From Nitrosopumilus sp. (GTDB lineage: Archaea; Thermoproteota; Nitrososphaeria; Nitrososphaerales; Nitrosopumilaceae), in the NCBI GenBank assembly GCA_965205425.1, contig CBDBGZ010000004.1:64001-128000 (forward strand): a DNA stretch of 64,000 bases. Reading direction: 5' to 3'. Below, piece after piece: positions 11,947 to 27,563 of this stretch (the first letter of the stretch is position 1; each line of letters opens with the position of its first letter). The notes beneath the pieces were generated by a model, which was not told where the DNA came from, searched no databases, and saw only the letters and a list, made by a program, of their open reading frames with translations. The translations under genes and the position numbers were made by a program.

Positions 11947-12262
11947 TAGTTAAGGCATTAAATATCTGAACACTTTAACAACTCGAAACACTTCATTATC
12001 CAATCTCGTCTGCATGTGTTTTCTCATTTCAGAACCATTGACGAAGAATTGGTTTGCAGTTTCCCTTTTTCTCTTCTCTGTATCTTAATTGGGTTTAATT
12101 CTGGAGTGTATGCAGGAAAAACATCTAATGTTCGCTTTACTTTTTGATGCTTTGAGAAATTCTTTTACTATGACACTTTTGTGGCATGATGCATTATCTG
12201 CAAACAATAACAGTTTCTTACGAAATTGTTTTTGTAATGATTCTAAAAAATCAAGAAATGAA
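11947..12262 (-). pseudogene. Degenerate 3' fragment of an IS630-A-like element
   Basis: TAGTTAAGGCATTAAATA end plus diverged, frameshifted orfB (FADNASCHKS). Confidence 0.85.
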
Positions 12263-12683
12263 TCCTGAATCTGATGCAATCCTACTTAGGATAACGCTTA
12301 ATTCCAATCAAAAATTATCTGATATGTTGCCTAGTTTTGAGTTAAACTATTTTGCAGACAAAGTACACATTCATCGATGGCCCCAAAACTCACCTATCTG
12401 GGATGATTCTACAAAAAAACAATTTGTTGAATCAATCAACTCCAATCCAGGCAAAAAACAGATCATAATTAAAGACAATTACTTGAAAATAGGGGATTTT
12501 GAATTTACTTCATTGAAAAAAATTGGGGTTTCTGTACCTTTTTTTAAAAAGGAATGCACCATGATCTTGGAGGCCCAATATGGGAAATTCTTTGCACATG
12601 TGCACATTACAACAAAATCTGAGGACTATCTTGAGATTTTTAACAAATTAATTTCCTGGACCAAATCTTTTTCAAAGACTTGA
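12258..12683 (+). CDS. Hypothetical protein
   Basis: 141-aa ORF from ATG 12258; the upstream extension in the ORF track is IS-derived. Confidence 0.7.
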   Translation: MNPESDAILLRITLNSNQKLSDMLPSFELNYFADKVHIHRWPQNSPIWDDSTKKQFVESINSNPGKKQIIIKDNYLKIGDFEFTSLKKIGVSVPFFKKECTMILEAQYGKFFAHVHITTKSEDYLEIFNKLISWTKSFSKT

Positions 12684-12689
12684 AAATAC

Positions 12690-13964
12690 TCATCTTATCA
12701 TTTTTCTGATATCTGCCTTTGTGTGCGCATTTGATATGGCACCTAGTTTTCCTGGCAAAAAGAAAATTCCGTCATGTGCTATCATTTTAAAATGATATTC
12801 ATGCAGAGCCTTGACATCACACATTGCTGCTTGGCAAGCATTGGTAATCTCTGAAATCCCGTCTTTAACAAAATGAGTCATAAACAAAGACCCCTTGCCT
12901 GTAACTATGACTTTGCCATCAAATGACTTTGTTAGTTCTTGTCTTGCATATTGCCCCAAATCGTTAATCTTAGAATACACTGAACTGTTGTTTTTTAATG
13001 CCAATAGAGTAGCATACCCTGATGTCATAGAAGCTGGATTTGCAGAAAACGTACCTCCTCCCACATAACTTCGCTTTGACTTTTTCTTATCTGTGGTGTC
13101 TGCATGCTTCATGATTTCTTTTTTCCCACACATTACTCCAATTGCCATTCCGCCTCCTACAATCTTACCTAATGTAACAATGTCTGGTTCTAACTTCATT
13201 GTAGGGTATAGACATCCGTATCTGAATCTAAATCCTGTAACAATTTCATCTAAAATAAACAATGACTTGTTTTTATGAACAAACTCTTGAACCCCTTTGA
13301 GATATTCTGGAGTAGCTGGAATACATCCTGCACCTCCCAATACTGGCTCTATGATTACTCCTGCCAAATCCTTTGCATGTTTTCTAAGAATTTTTAGCGA
13401 ACCTTCTAAATCATTGTAAGGCATGGAAATAATCTTCTCTTCATTTACCATTCCGCTACTTTCTGATTCACTAAACGGCCAGTTTACACTTTTGAGCAAA
13501 TCCGATGTGTATCCGTGCCATCCCCCATCAATCTTTGCAATAATTTTTTTCCCAGTTACTGAACGTGCCAGTCTTACTGCATACATTGTGGCTTCAGTTC
13601 CTGATGTGACATAGCGAATTTTCTCAGCAACTGGAACTGCCTTTGAAATTAATTCTGATAGTTTTATTGTCTGCTCATTTACAGTTCCATACATCCAACC
13701 TTTTTCAATTTGTTTTCTCAGAGAATCCTTGACATCTTTTGGAGCGTGTCCTAAAATTAAACTCCAATGACCCATCCAATAATCTGTATACTTGTTCTCA
13801 TCTACATCTACAAGATTTTTTCCAGAAGATGATTTTACTACAAATGGATATGGCTCATAATATCGTATATTGTGAGAAATACCATTTACATGAAGTCTCA
13901 ATGACTTTGCAAATATTTTTGCAGAATTTTTTGTCTTTTTTTTATACTCTGTAATGTAACTCAA
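12690..13964 (-). CDS. hemL: Glutamate-1-semialdehyde 2,1-aminomutase (class III aminotransferase)
   Basis: [37 protein letters not shown] motifs. Confidence 0.88.
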   Translation of the reverse strand: MSYITEYKKKTKNSAKIFAKSLRLHVNGISHNIRYYEPYPFVVKSSSGKNLVDVDENKYTDYWMGHWSLILGHAPKDVKDSLRKQIEKGWMYGTVNEQTIKLSELISKAVPVAEKIRYVTSGTEATMYAVRLARSVTGKKIIAKIDGGWHGYTSDLLKSVNWPFSESESSGMVNEEKIISMPYNDLEGSLKILRKHAKDLAGVIIEPVLGGAGCIPATPEYLKGVQEFVHKNKSLFILDEIVTGFRFRYGCLYPTMKLEPDIVTLGKIVGGGMAIGVMCGKKEIMKHADTTDKKKSKRSYVGGGTFSANPASMTSGYATLLALKNNSSVYSKINDLGQYARQELTKSFDGKVIVTGKGSLFMTHFVKDGISEITNACQAAMCDVKALHEYHFKMIAHDGIFFLPGKLGAISNAHTKADIRKMIR

Positions 13965-14120
13965 AAGTAATTTTTAAAACAAAATCTGTCATTTTAACTA
14001 TCAAAATAACCCCCTCTGGTCAATCTCTAAAAGTAAGGCATATCTGAGTGGATGATATGGAGAATAAAATGTGTAATTTTTACAATTTTTTGGCCCGATC
14101 AGGCATAATTTCACGTATGG

Positions 14121-14128
14121 TTTATATG
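14121..14128 (+). promoter_or_regulatory. Candidate TATA box of the rRNA operon
   Basis: TTTATATG about 230 nt upstream of 16S, just before the structured leader. Confidence 0.45.
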
Positions 14129-14349
14129 GATTCTGGTTTTGTTGGCTTCTGCATACGTAACGCAATAGGCGGCGCTCGTGATGAAGTATGGCAAGATGCC
14201 ACTTTGTGATTCATGGGCCTCCAGTTACGCATACAAGTATGAGGATTTGATTGCAAGATCAATATCTGAAATGTGAAGATTATGTGCATCCGTCAATTCC
14301 AATTAAAGTACAAATGTACTTCAATAATCAAAACAAAAAAATAATTCAG

Positions 14350-15820
<1,471 letters not shown>

Positions 15821-15972
15821 TAGACATGGAAAGTGTACGGGTGTACATAATCTTCACATTGAAATCATCGATGCAATGCATCACTAAAGTGATGTATGAA
15901 GGATGTAGTGGGTTCCTGCCAAGGGACTTGCAATGATCGTCGTGCATAGTCGTGTAATATGTGGCTGAATAT

Positions 15973-18963
<2,991 letters not shown>

Positions 18964-19044
18964 TCAGCCACTTACATAGAGACTATGCGCGATGATTTCA
19001 TTCATATCATCAAGTGGATAACATATACACGACTTGTACGATGA

Positions 19045-19242
19045 TTTTATTTTTTAATCATACATAGCGTAAGCTATACTGCCTAACAAATATTCATGAT
19101 CCAAAATCTTCCAAATTATACTAATTCCTGAAATTTAAACTTGAATCTACAATGTACGTAAATCTAGTTCAGAATAGGGTGACGAATTTTTGTTATTGAG
19201 TACATGTGTTTTTATTTTTTAATCATACATAGCGTAAGCTAT
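19045..19242 (+). repeat. 33-bp direct repeat (19045-19077, 19210-19242) containing an ATAGC-GTAA-GCTAT hairpin
   Basis: TTTTATTTTTTAATCATACATAGCGTAAGCTAT occurs twice just downstream of 23S. Confidence 0.9.
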
Positions 19243-19332
19243 GTGTTTTTAGCTCTTTGATATTTTTTACATCGATTAATTTTTTTACAAATGAATTTAA
19301 TTTGCAATAAATATTTTGTTTTGATGCTTGTA

Positions 19333-20362
19333 TCTATTATCCTCAAATTAGTTCATCCCATTATTTCCAGACTAAAGTCAAGATACGTTTGGAAAAGAGG
19401 AAAGAATCACAAGATTATGCAAAAGTTAGATCCAATCCAGATATCCTGGATAATCAAGTCAAAAGAGGACTGGTGCCAAAAACGCAGACGTAGCCTCATC
19501 CATGAAGATATCTGTTGGGTGGGTGCAGAAACTCTACTCACGGTATCGCCGTACCGGTACAGTTCCGATTCTAGGCAAGCCTGGAAGGCCAAAGGGAATA
19601 ATCACAGAGCAGATGGTGCAGACTGTCCAGTCAGCATTTGAAAAGTTCAGGTGTTCTGCAGTATTCCTGGAGAAAATAATTGATACTACTGGAACACACA
19701 TACCTCACAATACCATACACAAAATTATGAGAGATGAAGGGTTGGCAGAAGCTCAGCCAAAGAAGAGGAGAAGACGAAAGTGGGTTAGATACGAGAGGAC
19801 ATATTCAAACTCCATGTGGCATACTGACTGGAAGAAGCTAGATGATGGCAGATGGTTCTTATGCTACCAGGATGACGCATCAAGGTTTATCGTCTCTCAT
19901 GGAGTGTTTGCAGAGGCAACAACAGATAACGCACTTGTAGTATTACATGAGGCAATTGCAAAGCACGGTAGGCCTGCATCAATTCTAACTGATCATGGCT
20001 CCCAGTTTTATGCAAACCAATCAGAATACAAGAGAAAAGGAGCATCACAGTTTGAGCAGGAACTGGTAAAATTAGAGATAAAGCATATCATGGCAAGAGT
20101 GAACCATCCTCAAACCAATGGCAAGCTCGAAAGATTTCACGGCGAGATTCAGAGAAAGCAGAAATGGTTTGGCACCATTGATGAGCTGGTCCACGGGTAC
20201 AATCACATAAAGCCACACATGTCACTTGACTGGGATAATCTTGAGACCCCTGCAAAGGCATATGCAAGAAAGATGCCAGAGAAAGGAACAAGAGTTATTG
20301 ATAAGCAGACAGGAGAGGAATACGATGTCAAATAAGGGACGAACTAATTTTGGGATACAACA
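19333..20362 (+). mobile_element. IS481 family element type B; transposase 19417-20335 frameshifted near 19471
   Basis: WHTDW, DDASR, TDHG, PQTNGKLE motifs; ends TCTATTATCCTCAAATTAGTTC and (reverse complement) TGTTGTATCCCAAAATTAGTTC; no TSD seen. Confidence 0.92.
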
Positions 20363-20370
20363 AATTAATT

Positions 20371-21513
20371 GAGACTTGGGCATAATGATTTACAAAAATA
20401 ATTTCCAATATTTCTCTAGCAGCACAACATTCTCTTTACAGTTCTTGGATTCTCTGCTCCAATTGCACAGTTGTAGTAAACTCTCAACTGGTACACAAGA
20501 ACACAAACCAACACAAATGATTTGACATTGTGCAATCCCTTTACAGGCAATACTCTGATGTCAAAAATATCTTTGAGATACTCAAATAGAGGTTCAATTG
20601 AGACTTTTCTATCTGCATACAGCTCTTGCCCAATTACAGAATTGTAAAACTCTACGAGTTTTATTCTCTCTGGCGGCGTATGCGGGTATTGTTTTATTGG
20701 AGTAATTAGTCTCAGATTTTTCTTGTTGCTAAATTGATGCAGTGAACCATTGTCATATGCAGGATCACATAAGATATTCTCAACAAATCCTGCAAGAGAT
20801 TCAGTTAGTATTTCATACATCTTGCCGTCATGAACATTTGCAGTTGAGACATCAGCAGATAGTGGAACAACCAGTTTGCCAGTACTACAACTCATATGCA
20901 GTTTGTACCCAAATACCCAACCCTTTGATTTTGAAAAACCCCATTTTGCATCTGTGTCAATTCCTGAGATTGGAATTCTATTCTTTTTCATATCTGATTT
21001 GTGCCATACTGGACCTGCAGCTTTTAGCATGGAACTATCCACTGATGCAGATATGTCATCGACTAGTTTCTCTGATACAAACAGACTTTTCATATTACTG
21101 ATTATATCACCAATTGGCAGAACTTGGAATCGTCTGTCAATGGTTCTTCTGTTTGGGATTTGAGCTAGTCTGCAAACCTTGAGCAATTTATCATTGATAC
21201 CTTTAGTCAAAAGAAAATAATGTAATGTATTGTTACTAGGAATTCTCATCCATGACTTTATGATGAATAGTTGCACCATTAGAATTGTAGAGTATACGTA
21301 CGGTCTACCGGGTTTTCAGCATCTCTTCATACAAAGACAACATTCCCACCAAATGTAACACGCCAATAAGAAATGATTCCGATAGAATCTTGCCTAGGGA
21401 TTTTCATTTGTTTTGACATTACAATGAACAAAACATGATAAGATCCTTAGCTTTTTCTATTTGAATAATTTGAGAATTGACTCAAAAATTAGAATTAGTT
21501 ATGCCCATGTCTC
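20371..21513 (-). mobile_element. DDE_Tnp_1-type IS (IS5/IS982-like); frameshift near the N-terminus
   Basis: VDSS, DAKWG...GYKLH, ANVHD, DPAYD motifs; TIR GAGACTTGGGCATAA / TTATGCCCATGTCTC; AATTAATT on both flanks. Confidence 0.88.
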
Positions 21514-21627
21514 AATTAATTATCAAACCACAGTATACACACTTGAAAATTATGTGTTATTTTTTTGATCATTTGTCAATTATTGACCACTTTACATTTT
21601 ATCAAAAATAAAAAAATATGATACATT

Positions 21628-22434
21628 ACGGCTAAAAAATACAATTCACCAATAACTTATCGATTAAAGGAAATTCCTGTAAAATACATCAAAGTTTGGC
21701 GTGATGCTCAGGCAAGAAAACTAGATAAAGAGGGAATAGCAGAACTTGCAAAGTCAATACAAAATGACGGATTACAAAATCCTCCAATGGTCCAAAAGGA
21801 TGGAAAGAACTCTTACTTGCTCATGTCAGGCCAGAGAAGGCTTGCAGCACTGAAAAGACTAGGTGCAAAAAAGATACCCGTATTACTGTTAACTAATAGT
21901 ACCAAATATGATTTAGAGGATGCAAAAGCAGCATCAGTTGTAGAGAATCTACATAGAAATAAAATGAACACTAGAGATATGACGGCAGCTTGTGTGTTTT
22001 TAACAGAATCTGTAGGTAAATCAAAGGCTGCAAAGTCATTGGGAATATCAATACAAACTTTGAAAAAATACCTTGGATTTGCAGCAGTTCCAGACAAACT
22101 AAGAACATTTGTTCCAAAAGAGTTGTCAAGGGATGACTGTGTGAAATTGTACAGGGCAGTTCCAAATGTTACAAAAGCAGTATCTGTTGCAGAGAAGATA
22201 ATCCCATTGGATCAGAAATTAAGAAAAGAGTATCTCAAATCACTTGCACGTTCCCCAAAATCATCACATCTCAAGTTGCTAAAAAAAGTAAAGAGTGGGT
22301 TATTGCAACAGCGAGTTACTATACTATTGAATAAGGGAAATGCCAGGAAGTTACATAGTTTGGCTATGAAGAAAGATGTAGAAGTTACTGAGATGGCAGA
22401 TGAAATATTGTCAAGTTATTTGAAAAGACGTTAA
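21628..22434 (+). CDS. ParB/Srx N-terminal domain protein
   Basis: ELAKSIQNDGLQNPP...SGQRRLAA...ENLHR. The frame is open from 21622 and the domain begins upstream of ATG 21787. Confidence 0.8.
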   Translation, partial: TAKKYNSPITYRLKEIPVKYIKVWRDAQARKLDKEGIAELAKSIQNDGLQNPPMVQKDGKNSYLLMSGQRRLAALKRLGAKKIPVLLLTNSTKYDLEDAKAASVVENLHRNKMNTRDMTAACVFLTESVGKSKAAKSLGISIQTLKKYLGFAAVPDKLRTFVPKELSRDDCVKLYRAVPNVTKAVSVAEKIIPLDQKLRKEYLKSLARSPKSSHLKLLKKVKSGLLQQRVTILLNKGNARKLHSLAMKKDVEVTEMADEILSSYLKRR

Positions 22435-22512
22435 ATCATAGATACAAAAGTAATGCAACCTTATTTAAAAACAGACAAAGTAGTAATTCATCCCACAGAA
22501 TAATCTTTTTTC

Positions 22513-22935
22513 TTATATTTTTCTTAACTTGGATACACCAGTTGTAATATGATCTATGATTGTTGGTAGTGGTGTACCTGGACCAAACACGTGGTCTACT
22601 CCTGATTTTACTAAATCTTTATGATCGATTTCTGGAATTACTCCTCCTCCGACTACTAACACATCTTTGATTCCTTTCTTTTTGAGATTTTTAACTACTC
22701 TTGGGAACAGTGTTCCATGTGCTCCATTAAGCAAACTCATTGCAATTGCATCCACATCTTCATCTTCTGCAATTTGTGCAATTCTGTCTGGAGTGGCAAA
22801 AAGTCCTGAATAGATTACTTCCATCCCTGCATCCCTGAATGCTCTACATAACACAAGAGCACCTCTATCGTGTCCATCTAATCCTAGTTTGGCAACTAAA
22901 ATTTTGATGCTGCGTGATGCTGCTTTTTGCTTCAT
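22513..22935 (-). CDS. Methylmalonyl-CoA mutase, cobalamin-binding small subunit
   Basis: AKLGLDGHDRGA B12-binding motif, GGGVIP, FGPGT. Confidence 0.93.
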   Translation of the reverse strand: MKQKAASRSIKILVAKLGLDGHDRGALVLCRAFRDAGMEVIYSGLFATPDRIAQIAEDEDVDAIAMSLLNGAHGTLFPRVVKNLKKKGIKDVLVVGGGVIPEIDHKDLVKSGVDHVFGPGTPLPTIIDHITTGVSKLRKI

Positions 22936-22987
22936 GATTATAGTTAAATTTGGGATATTTTAAAAGGTTTAATTCATCTCTAGTTTT

Positions 22988-24029
22988 TGTTCTTTCCAAA
23001 AATTATTTCGTGTCACTTTCATGAGTAATTCCTCCATAGAATGCTTGGGTCTATGAGTATTTCGTTTGTTATCATCTTGGAGTGATACGCATCAGATGGT
23101 GTCTCCATATTATCCAAGTCTAGTGCGCCATGAACTCTAATGTGATTGTACCAATGCATAAACTGCTCCACTGACTCAAAGTATTCTATTTTACACTCAA
23201 AGATATCCCAGAACTTTTCTAGCTTACCATTTGTTTGTGGATGTCTCACTCTTGTACGAGAGTGCTTTACGTGATGTCTCATTAGTTGCTGCTCAAAGTC
23301 TACTGGCTTGTTATGATCAAGAGTATTGACATTTGATGTGAACTGTTTTCCATTATCAGATAGTACGGATGCTGGTCTACCGTGATTCTTTATTGCATCA
23401 GATAGTACTGCAGAAGAATTCACAGATGTTGCCTCATCATACCCTCCGAAACCCGTGATAAATCGTGAGGCATCATCTTCAAATGCAATTAGTTGTTTTC
23501 CTGCCCAGCGTGAATCATGTATTGTGTGCCAGTCAGTATGCCACAGTGAATTTGAATATTCACGTTCATACCTGATCCACTTTCTTCTCATCTTTTTCCG
23601 TGGTTGCTCAACTGATAATCCTTCATCTAGCATAATCTTGTGGATGCGATTGTGGTTTATCTTGGTATTGTACAATTTTGATATGATTTTCTCAAGGTAT
23701 AGTGCGTTTGTATGAAATTTTTCTTGAACTTGTTTGACTAGCTCTATCTCGTGTACAGTGACTGGCTTTTTTGGACGCCCTGGTCTTTTGAGTGTGGGAA
23801 TCTTTTTGGTTTTTTTGTACTGAGAGTAGACTTGTTGTACTCTTCTAGGCGTTATCTTGAGGATTACTGAAATATCTAAATTCTTGACTTTTTCATTTTT
23901 AGATTGTATAATCCACCTGATCTTATTCTCATCTAACTTTACCATAGGTATGCCACGATACCCACGCATACGATAGTATGGGAATGATGCTCTCCTAGTT
24001 AAGGGGTGAACTAATTTGAGGATAATAGA
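22988..24029 (-). mobile_element. IS481 type A copy 2 with a type-B left terminus
   Basis: 1042 bp; body near-identical to 690-1731 but begins TCTATTATCCTCAAATTAGTTCA; no TSD. Confidence 0.95.
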
Positions 24030-24082
24030 ATCATGGCACGTTACAGACTCACTTAAAAAGACCACGAAAATCAATACTATTT

Positions 24083-24571
24083 GTGGATAAAATACAAAAA
24101 AGAATCAGACTGATGAATGCCTACACATCACAACTTGATGATTTGATATCTAACAGCATAGATACTGTAGAGTCTGCTTATGAGGATATGAAAGAAATGT
24201 ACGAATCAGACAAACTGCAAGACATGGATTTGGCAAAATACCAAATGTTCTGCACACAAATGCATCAAATCCACCTAAAACGGATATCTGATTTTTCTAC
24301 CCAGTGTGAGGTGATTGCAAAGTTTGCACCTGATCTTGGAGAGCATATCAAAGAGCTCATTGCAAATCTAGAACAGGCAACATCAAATTTTGTAGATATG
24401 ATAAAATATGTTCCTCCAAAAGACAGTGATGAATTTCCAACAAATACATGGCTTGCAGATTTTCAGGTATTGTTACTTGATATGCAACAAACATCAGATG
24501 ACATTGAAATTATGCTCAATGTAACCTCAGATGTAGCTGAATCTACATTAAGATTCATTGAAGAGAAATAA
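24083..24571 (+). CDS. Hypothetical helical acidic protein (possibly 5' truncated)
   Basis: 162-aa ORF directly after the IS481 end. Confidence 0.6.
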   Translation: MDKIQKRIRLMNAYTSQLDDLISNSIDTVESAYEDMKEMYESDKLQDMDLAKYQMFCTQMHQIHLKRISDFSTQCEVIAKFAPDLGEHIKELIANLEQATSNFVDMIKYVPPKDSDEFPTNTWLADFQVLLLDMQQTSDDIEIMLNVTSDVAESTLRFIEEK

Positions 24572-24641
24572 TCTCAACTATACCACACACATACAAAATA
24601 CAACTAAAAATAACATGATAAACTATTCGAATATTATAATC

Positions 24642-24842
24642 ATGTCAGGAAGCCGTACTAGTACAATCCGCACACATACACAGAAAAAGCACTATAGTAC
24701 CATGTCCTGTCAAAAGTGTGACAAATCATTTAACATTGGAGACTCTCTGTACATTTCCCAGTCAAAGTCACACAAGAGATACTATCATGAGTCCTGCTGG
24801 AATGACACATTCTGTTTTTATCTTCAGTTTATTTGCAGTTGA
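24642..24842 (+). CDS. Small zinc-finger protein (CxxC...HxxC)
   Basis: CQKC...IGD...YHESC; the C-terminus runs into the adjacent IS fragment. Confidence 0.6.
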   Translation: MSGSRTSTIRTHTQKKHYSTMSCQKCDKSFNIGDSLYISQSKSHKRYYHESCWNDTFCFYLQFICS

Positions 24843-25078
24843 TTCAGAATAGCAGTTACCAAGACAACATTCCATGATGAAATGATGTATGTCCTCTGAA
24901 TTGTATATGGCATTACTTTTTTGTGAGCAAGAAAACGACAACGTTGTGCATATTATTTTAGCAATATTTGCAAATGCTTGAGTTGTTGAATTTCTAATGT
25001 GTGCAAAATCAAGATTATGATTCACATTTGATGGAGCAGTACACCTCCTTCAAGCTTTTTCTATCCAAATTTATTGTT
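24805..25078 (-). pseudogene. Probable transposase N-terminal fragment (ISH3-like)
   Basis: SNAIYNSEDIHHFIMECCLGNCYSES pattern; adjacent to IS630-A. Confidence 0.4.
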
Positions 25079-25080
25079 TA

Positions 25081-26226
25081 TAGTTAAGGCATTAAATATT
25101 TGAATATTTTAACAACTCTAACATCACCATTATCTAGTCTCTTCTGCATGTGTTTTCTCATCTCAGTTCCATTTGCAAAGAATGTGTTGGCATTGCCATT
25201 TTTTTCTTCTCTCCACTGTACCTCAATTGGATTGAGTTCTGGAGTGTATGCAGGAAAATATCTGATGATTACTTTATTTTTTGGTGCTTTGAGAAATTCT
25301 TTTACTCTGAGACTTTTGTGGTATGATGCATTATCTGCAAACAATAACAATTTCTTACCAAATTGTTTCTGCAAGGATTTTAAGAAATCAAGAAATGAGT
25401 CTGTGTTTGATTTATCATAGAACCTACAAAAAAATACACCGTCATCCCCCAATGCACCAAATGATTGAAACTTTTCTCGAGTATAGTTGATTTTGGTTTG
25501 TGTATTTTTTCCTTTTAGATACCAGCCTTTTTTGATATTTGGAGCTATCTTGTTTGTTGACTCATCCAGACATAATGTGGTGTATCCCAATTTGGAATAT
25601 TTTTTGATACTCCTTTTTGCGTTTTTTTAAAACGGGTTTGTTCCTCTTTTGAGGCTGATTTGTGATGAGTCTGTCTTGGTTTTTTAGATGAGAATCCGAT
25701 ACGGTGTAGTAATTCACGCATTCCTCTTGCAGAGTATAGGGTGTTGTATTTTTTATTCACATGTGTAATTACCATTCTTGTACTCCACATGAATTGGTTA
25801 AATCCAAACTTTTCTGGACCTGAAATTAGATCATTTCTTAATGACACTAGCTGTTTTTCATTTAGAAAACATCTAGAACCAGAATATTTCTTGCGGTGTG
25901 ATGCAGATATTCCCTCTTCATCCATTCGATTTAGCCAGTAGGACAGAGTTGATGGTATGATATCAAGACTGATGCATATTTGAGAATATCTCATGTCTTG
26001 TTTGCGTAAAATTGCAGTCTTTAGTCTTATCTTTGCTTTTGCATTTTTTTCATTCTTGCATGTTTTTCTTAAAAAATTAATGCTTGTACCTTTCATGAAT
26101 TGATTCCCAGAGGAAACCTTGGATTGTCTTGTACTCTTTGACATGGTTTCATGAATTGATTCTACGATCTAGATCTTTTGGGTTAAAATACTTGACAGTT
26201 TATTCAGAATTTATATGCCTAAACTA
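25081..26226 (-). mobile_element. IS630 type A copy 3 (1146 bp; orfA 25545-26144, orfB 25084-25590)
   Basis: TA flanks, TIRs and slippery site as in the other copies. Confidence 0.95.
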
Positions 26227-26261
26227 TAACTGATGAAATAATGGTTAGTTTCTGATCTAAA

Positions 26262-26477
26262 TTGGATTACTTTCCCAAGTACTGTTTTAGAAAGTTAGGA
26301 CATGATGAAATATCCCAAATAATAAAAAACCAAGTAAAGGACATAAATAACAAATACAATCTCAAGGGAACCGTCAAATCAACAATAATAAATGATGAAT
26401 CAACAATTATCTCTTGTAACATAGTTGGCAAAACTAGACAATATGAAAATAAAAAAGCAGATAATGCATATGAATAA
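26262..26477 (+). CDS. Hypothetical protein or gene remnant
   Basis: 71-aa ORF next to the IS end. Confidence 0.35.
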   Translation: MDYFPKYCFRKLGHDEISQIIKNQVKDINNKYNLKGTVKSTIINDESTIISCNIVGKTRQYENKKADNAYE

Positions 26478-26551
26478 AATACCATCAATGTTCAAAAAAT
26501 AATGGAGATTGAAAATTACAAAATGACATTAAAAATTAAGGATAAATTACA

Positions 26552-26764
26552 ATGACCTGCAAGGGAACGTGCCAAAAGTACAAATCAACTGCAAAGCCAA
26601 GTGGCGGATTATATCGTAACGGAATAAAAAAATGTCAGATATGTGCAATTTACATCAATTGGGAAGGATCCCACTGTACCTGGTGCGGATACATGTTGAG
26701 ATCAAAACCACGCAACAGACATTTCAAAGCAAAACTTACAGGAGATGTTCCAAGAATTGAATAA
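26552..26764 (+). CDS. Small Cys-rich zinc-ribbon protein
   Basis: CKGTC...CQIC...CTWCG.MLRSKPRN. Confidence 0.8.
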   Translation: MTCKGTCQKYKSTAKPSGGLYRNGIKKCQICAIYINWEGSHCTWCGYMLRSKPRNRHFKAKLTGDVPRIE

Positions 26765-26803
26765 ATTACTAATTACAAAAAATATGGAATGTGATAAAAA
26801 ATA

Positions 26804-27010
26804 ATGAATGTTTGTAGCGGGGTGTGCTCAAAGTATGTCTCAAGAAAAACCAAAGACGGCCTAAACTATGGGTACAACAGAAAGAGGTGCAGTATATGCG
26901 AGGTATTTCTCACCTGGAAGGGTATTCGTTGTCCCTGCTGTTCCACAAGATTGAGAAACAAGCCAAAAAACAGACTTGCAAAGCAGAGACTGCAAAGGAG
27001 AAAACAGTGA
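26804..27010 (+). CDS. Small Cys-rich zinc-ribbon protein, paralog of 26552-26764
   Basis: CSGVC...CSIC...CPCCS.RLRNKPKN. Confidence 0.8.
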   Translation: MNVCSGVCSKYVSRKTKDGLNYGYNRKRCSICEVFLTWKGIRCPCCSTRLRNKPKNRLAKQRLQRRKQ

Positions 27011-27195
27011 TTAGAAAATACACGGCAACACATGATTCCCTGCGAAGAAGAATAACGCATGGTTCATCAATTGTATGTAACACTTGTGGGCAAGATATTA
27101 TAGTCGGGGATGCAGTAGTTACAAAAACAGGTGCAAGATTGGGGAAATTTATCAGACATGAGCAATGTGCCAGGAGAATCGGACTAGTTGACTGA
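27007..27195 (+). CDS. Small zinc-finger protein (CxxC...HxxC)
   Basis: GTG start overlapping the upstream TGA; CNTC...VGD...RHEQC. Confidence 0.65.
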   Translation: MIRKYTATHDSLRRRITHGSSIVCNTCGQDIIVGDAVVTKTGARLGKFIRHEQCARRIGLVD

Positions 27196-27329
27196 TTGTA
27201 CCATCACCGATGAATTAAACGGTGTTTTGCACAATAATTCTTTTCAGGAAGATACGATCACATGTTTGACATGGCTGAGAAAAGACATGATCTGCTTTGC
27301 TAAATAAAAACACAAATCAAAGCTATTAA

Positions 27330-27563
27330 ATGACAAAAACACTTCCTTTATCACAAAACCAATTCCTAATTATAATTGAAATCATGACATTTGTGTTGAG
27401 TTTGGTTTATCTTCTGCAGAATGATTCTGATGAAATGACGTTGCTGAAAATAATTGCAATATTTGGTGTCATAATTCCCGGATTTTTTGGAATGTTGGTT
27501 ATGGCTACGGGGATTTTCTTTTCTTTACAGAGATATAGCGAAAAGATAAAGTTCGTGAACTAA
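27330..27563 (+). pseudogene. Small membrane protein, 3' end replaced by IS630-B sequence
   Basis: Two TM segments; terminal YSEKIKFVN is read from the IS TIR. Confidence 0.55.

Noticed and set aside
19333..24029. Recently transposed composite transposon
   Set aside because: Outer ends are perfect inverted repeats, but there is no target duplication and the cargo looks like core genes.
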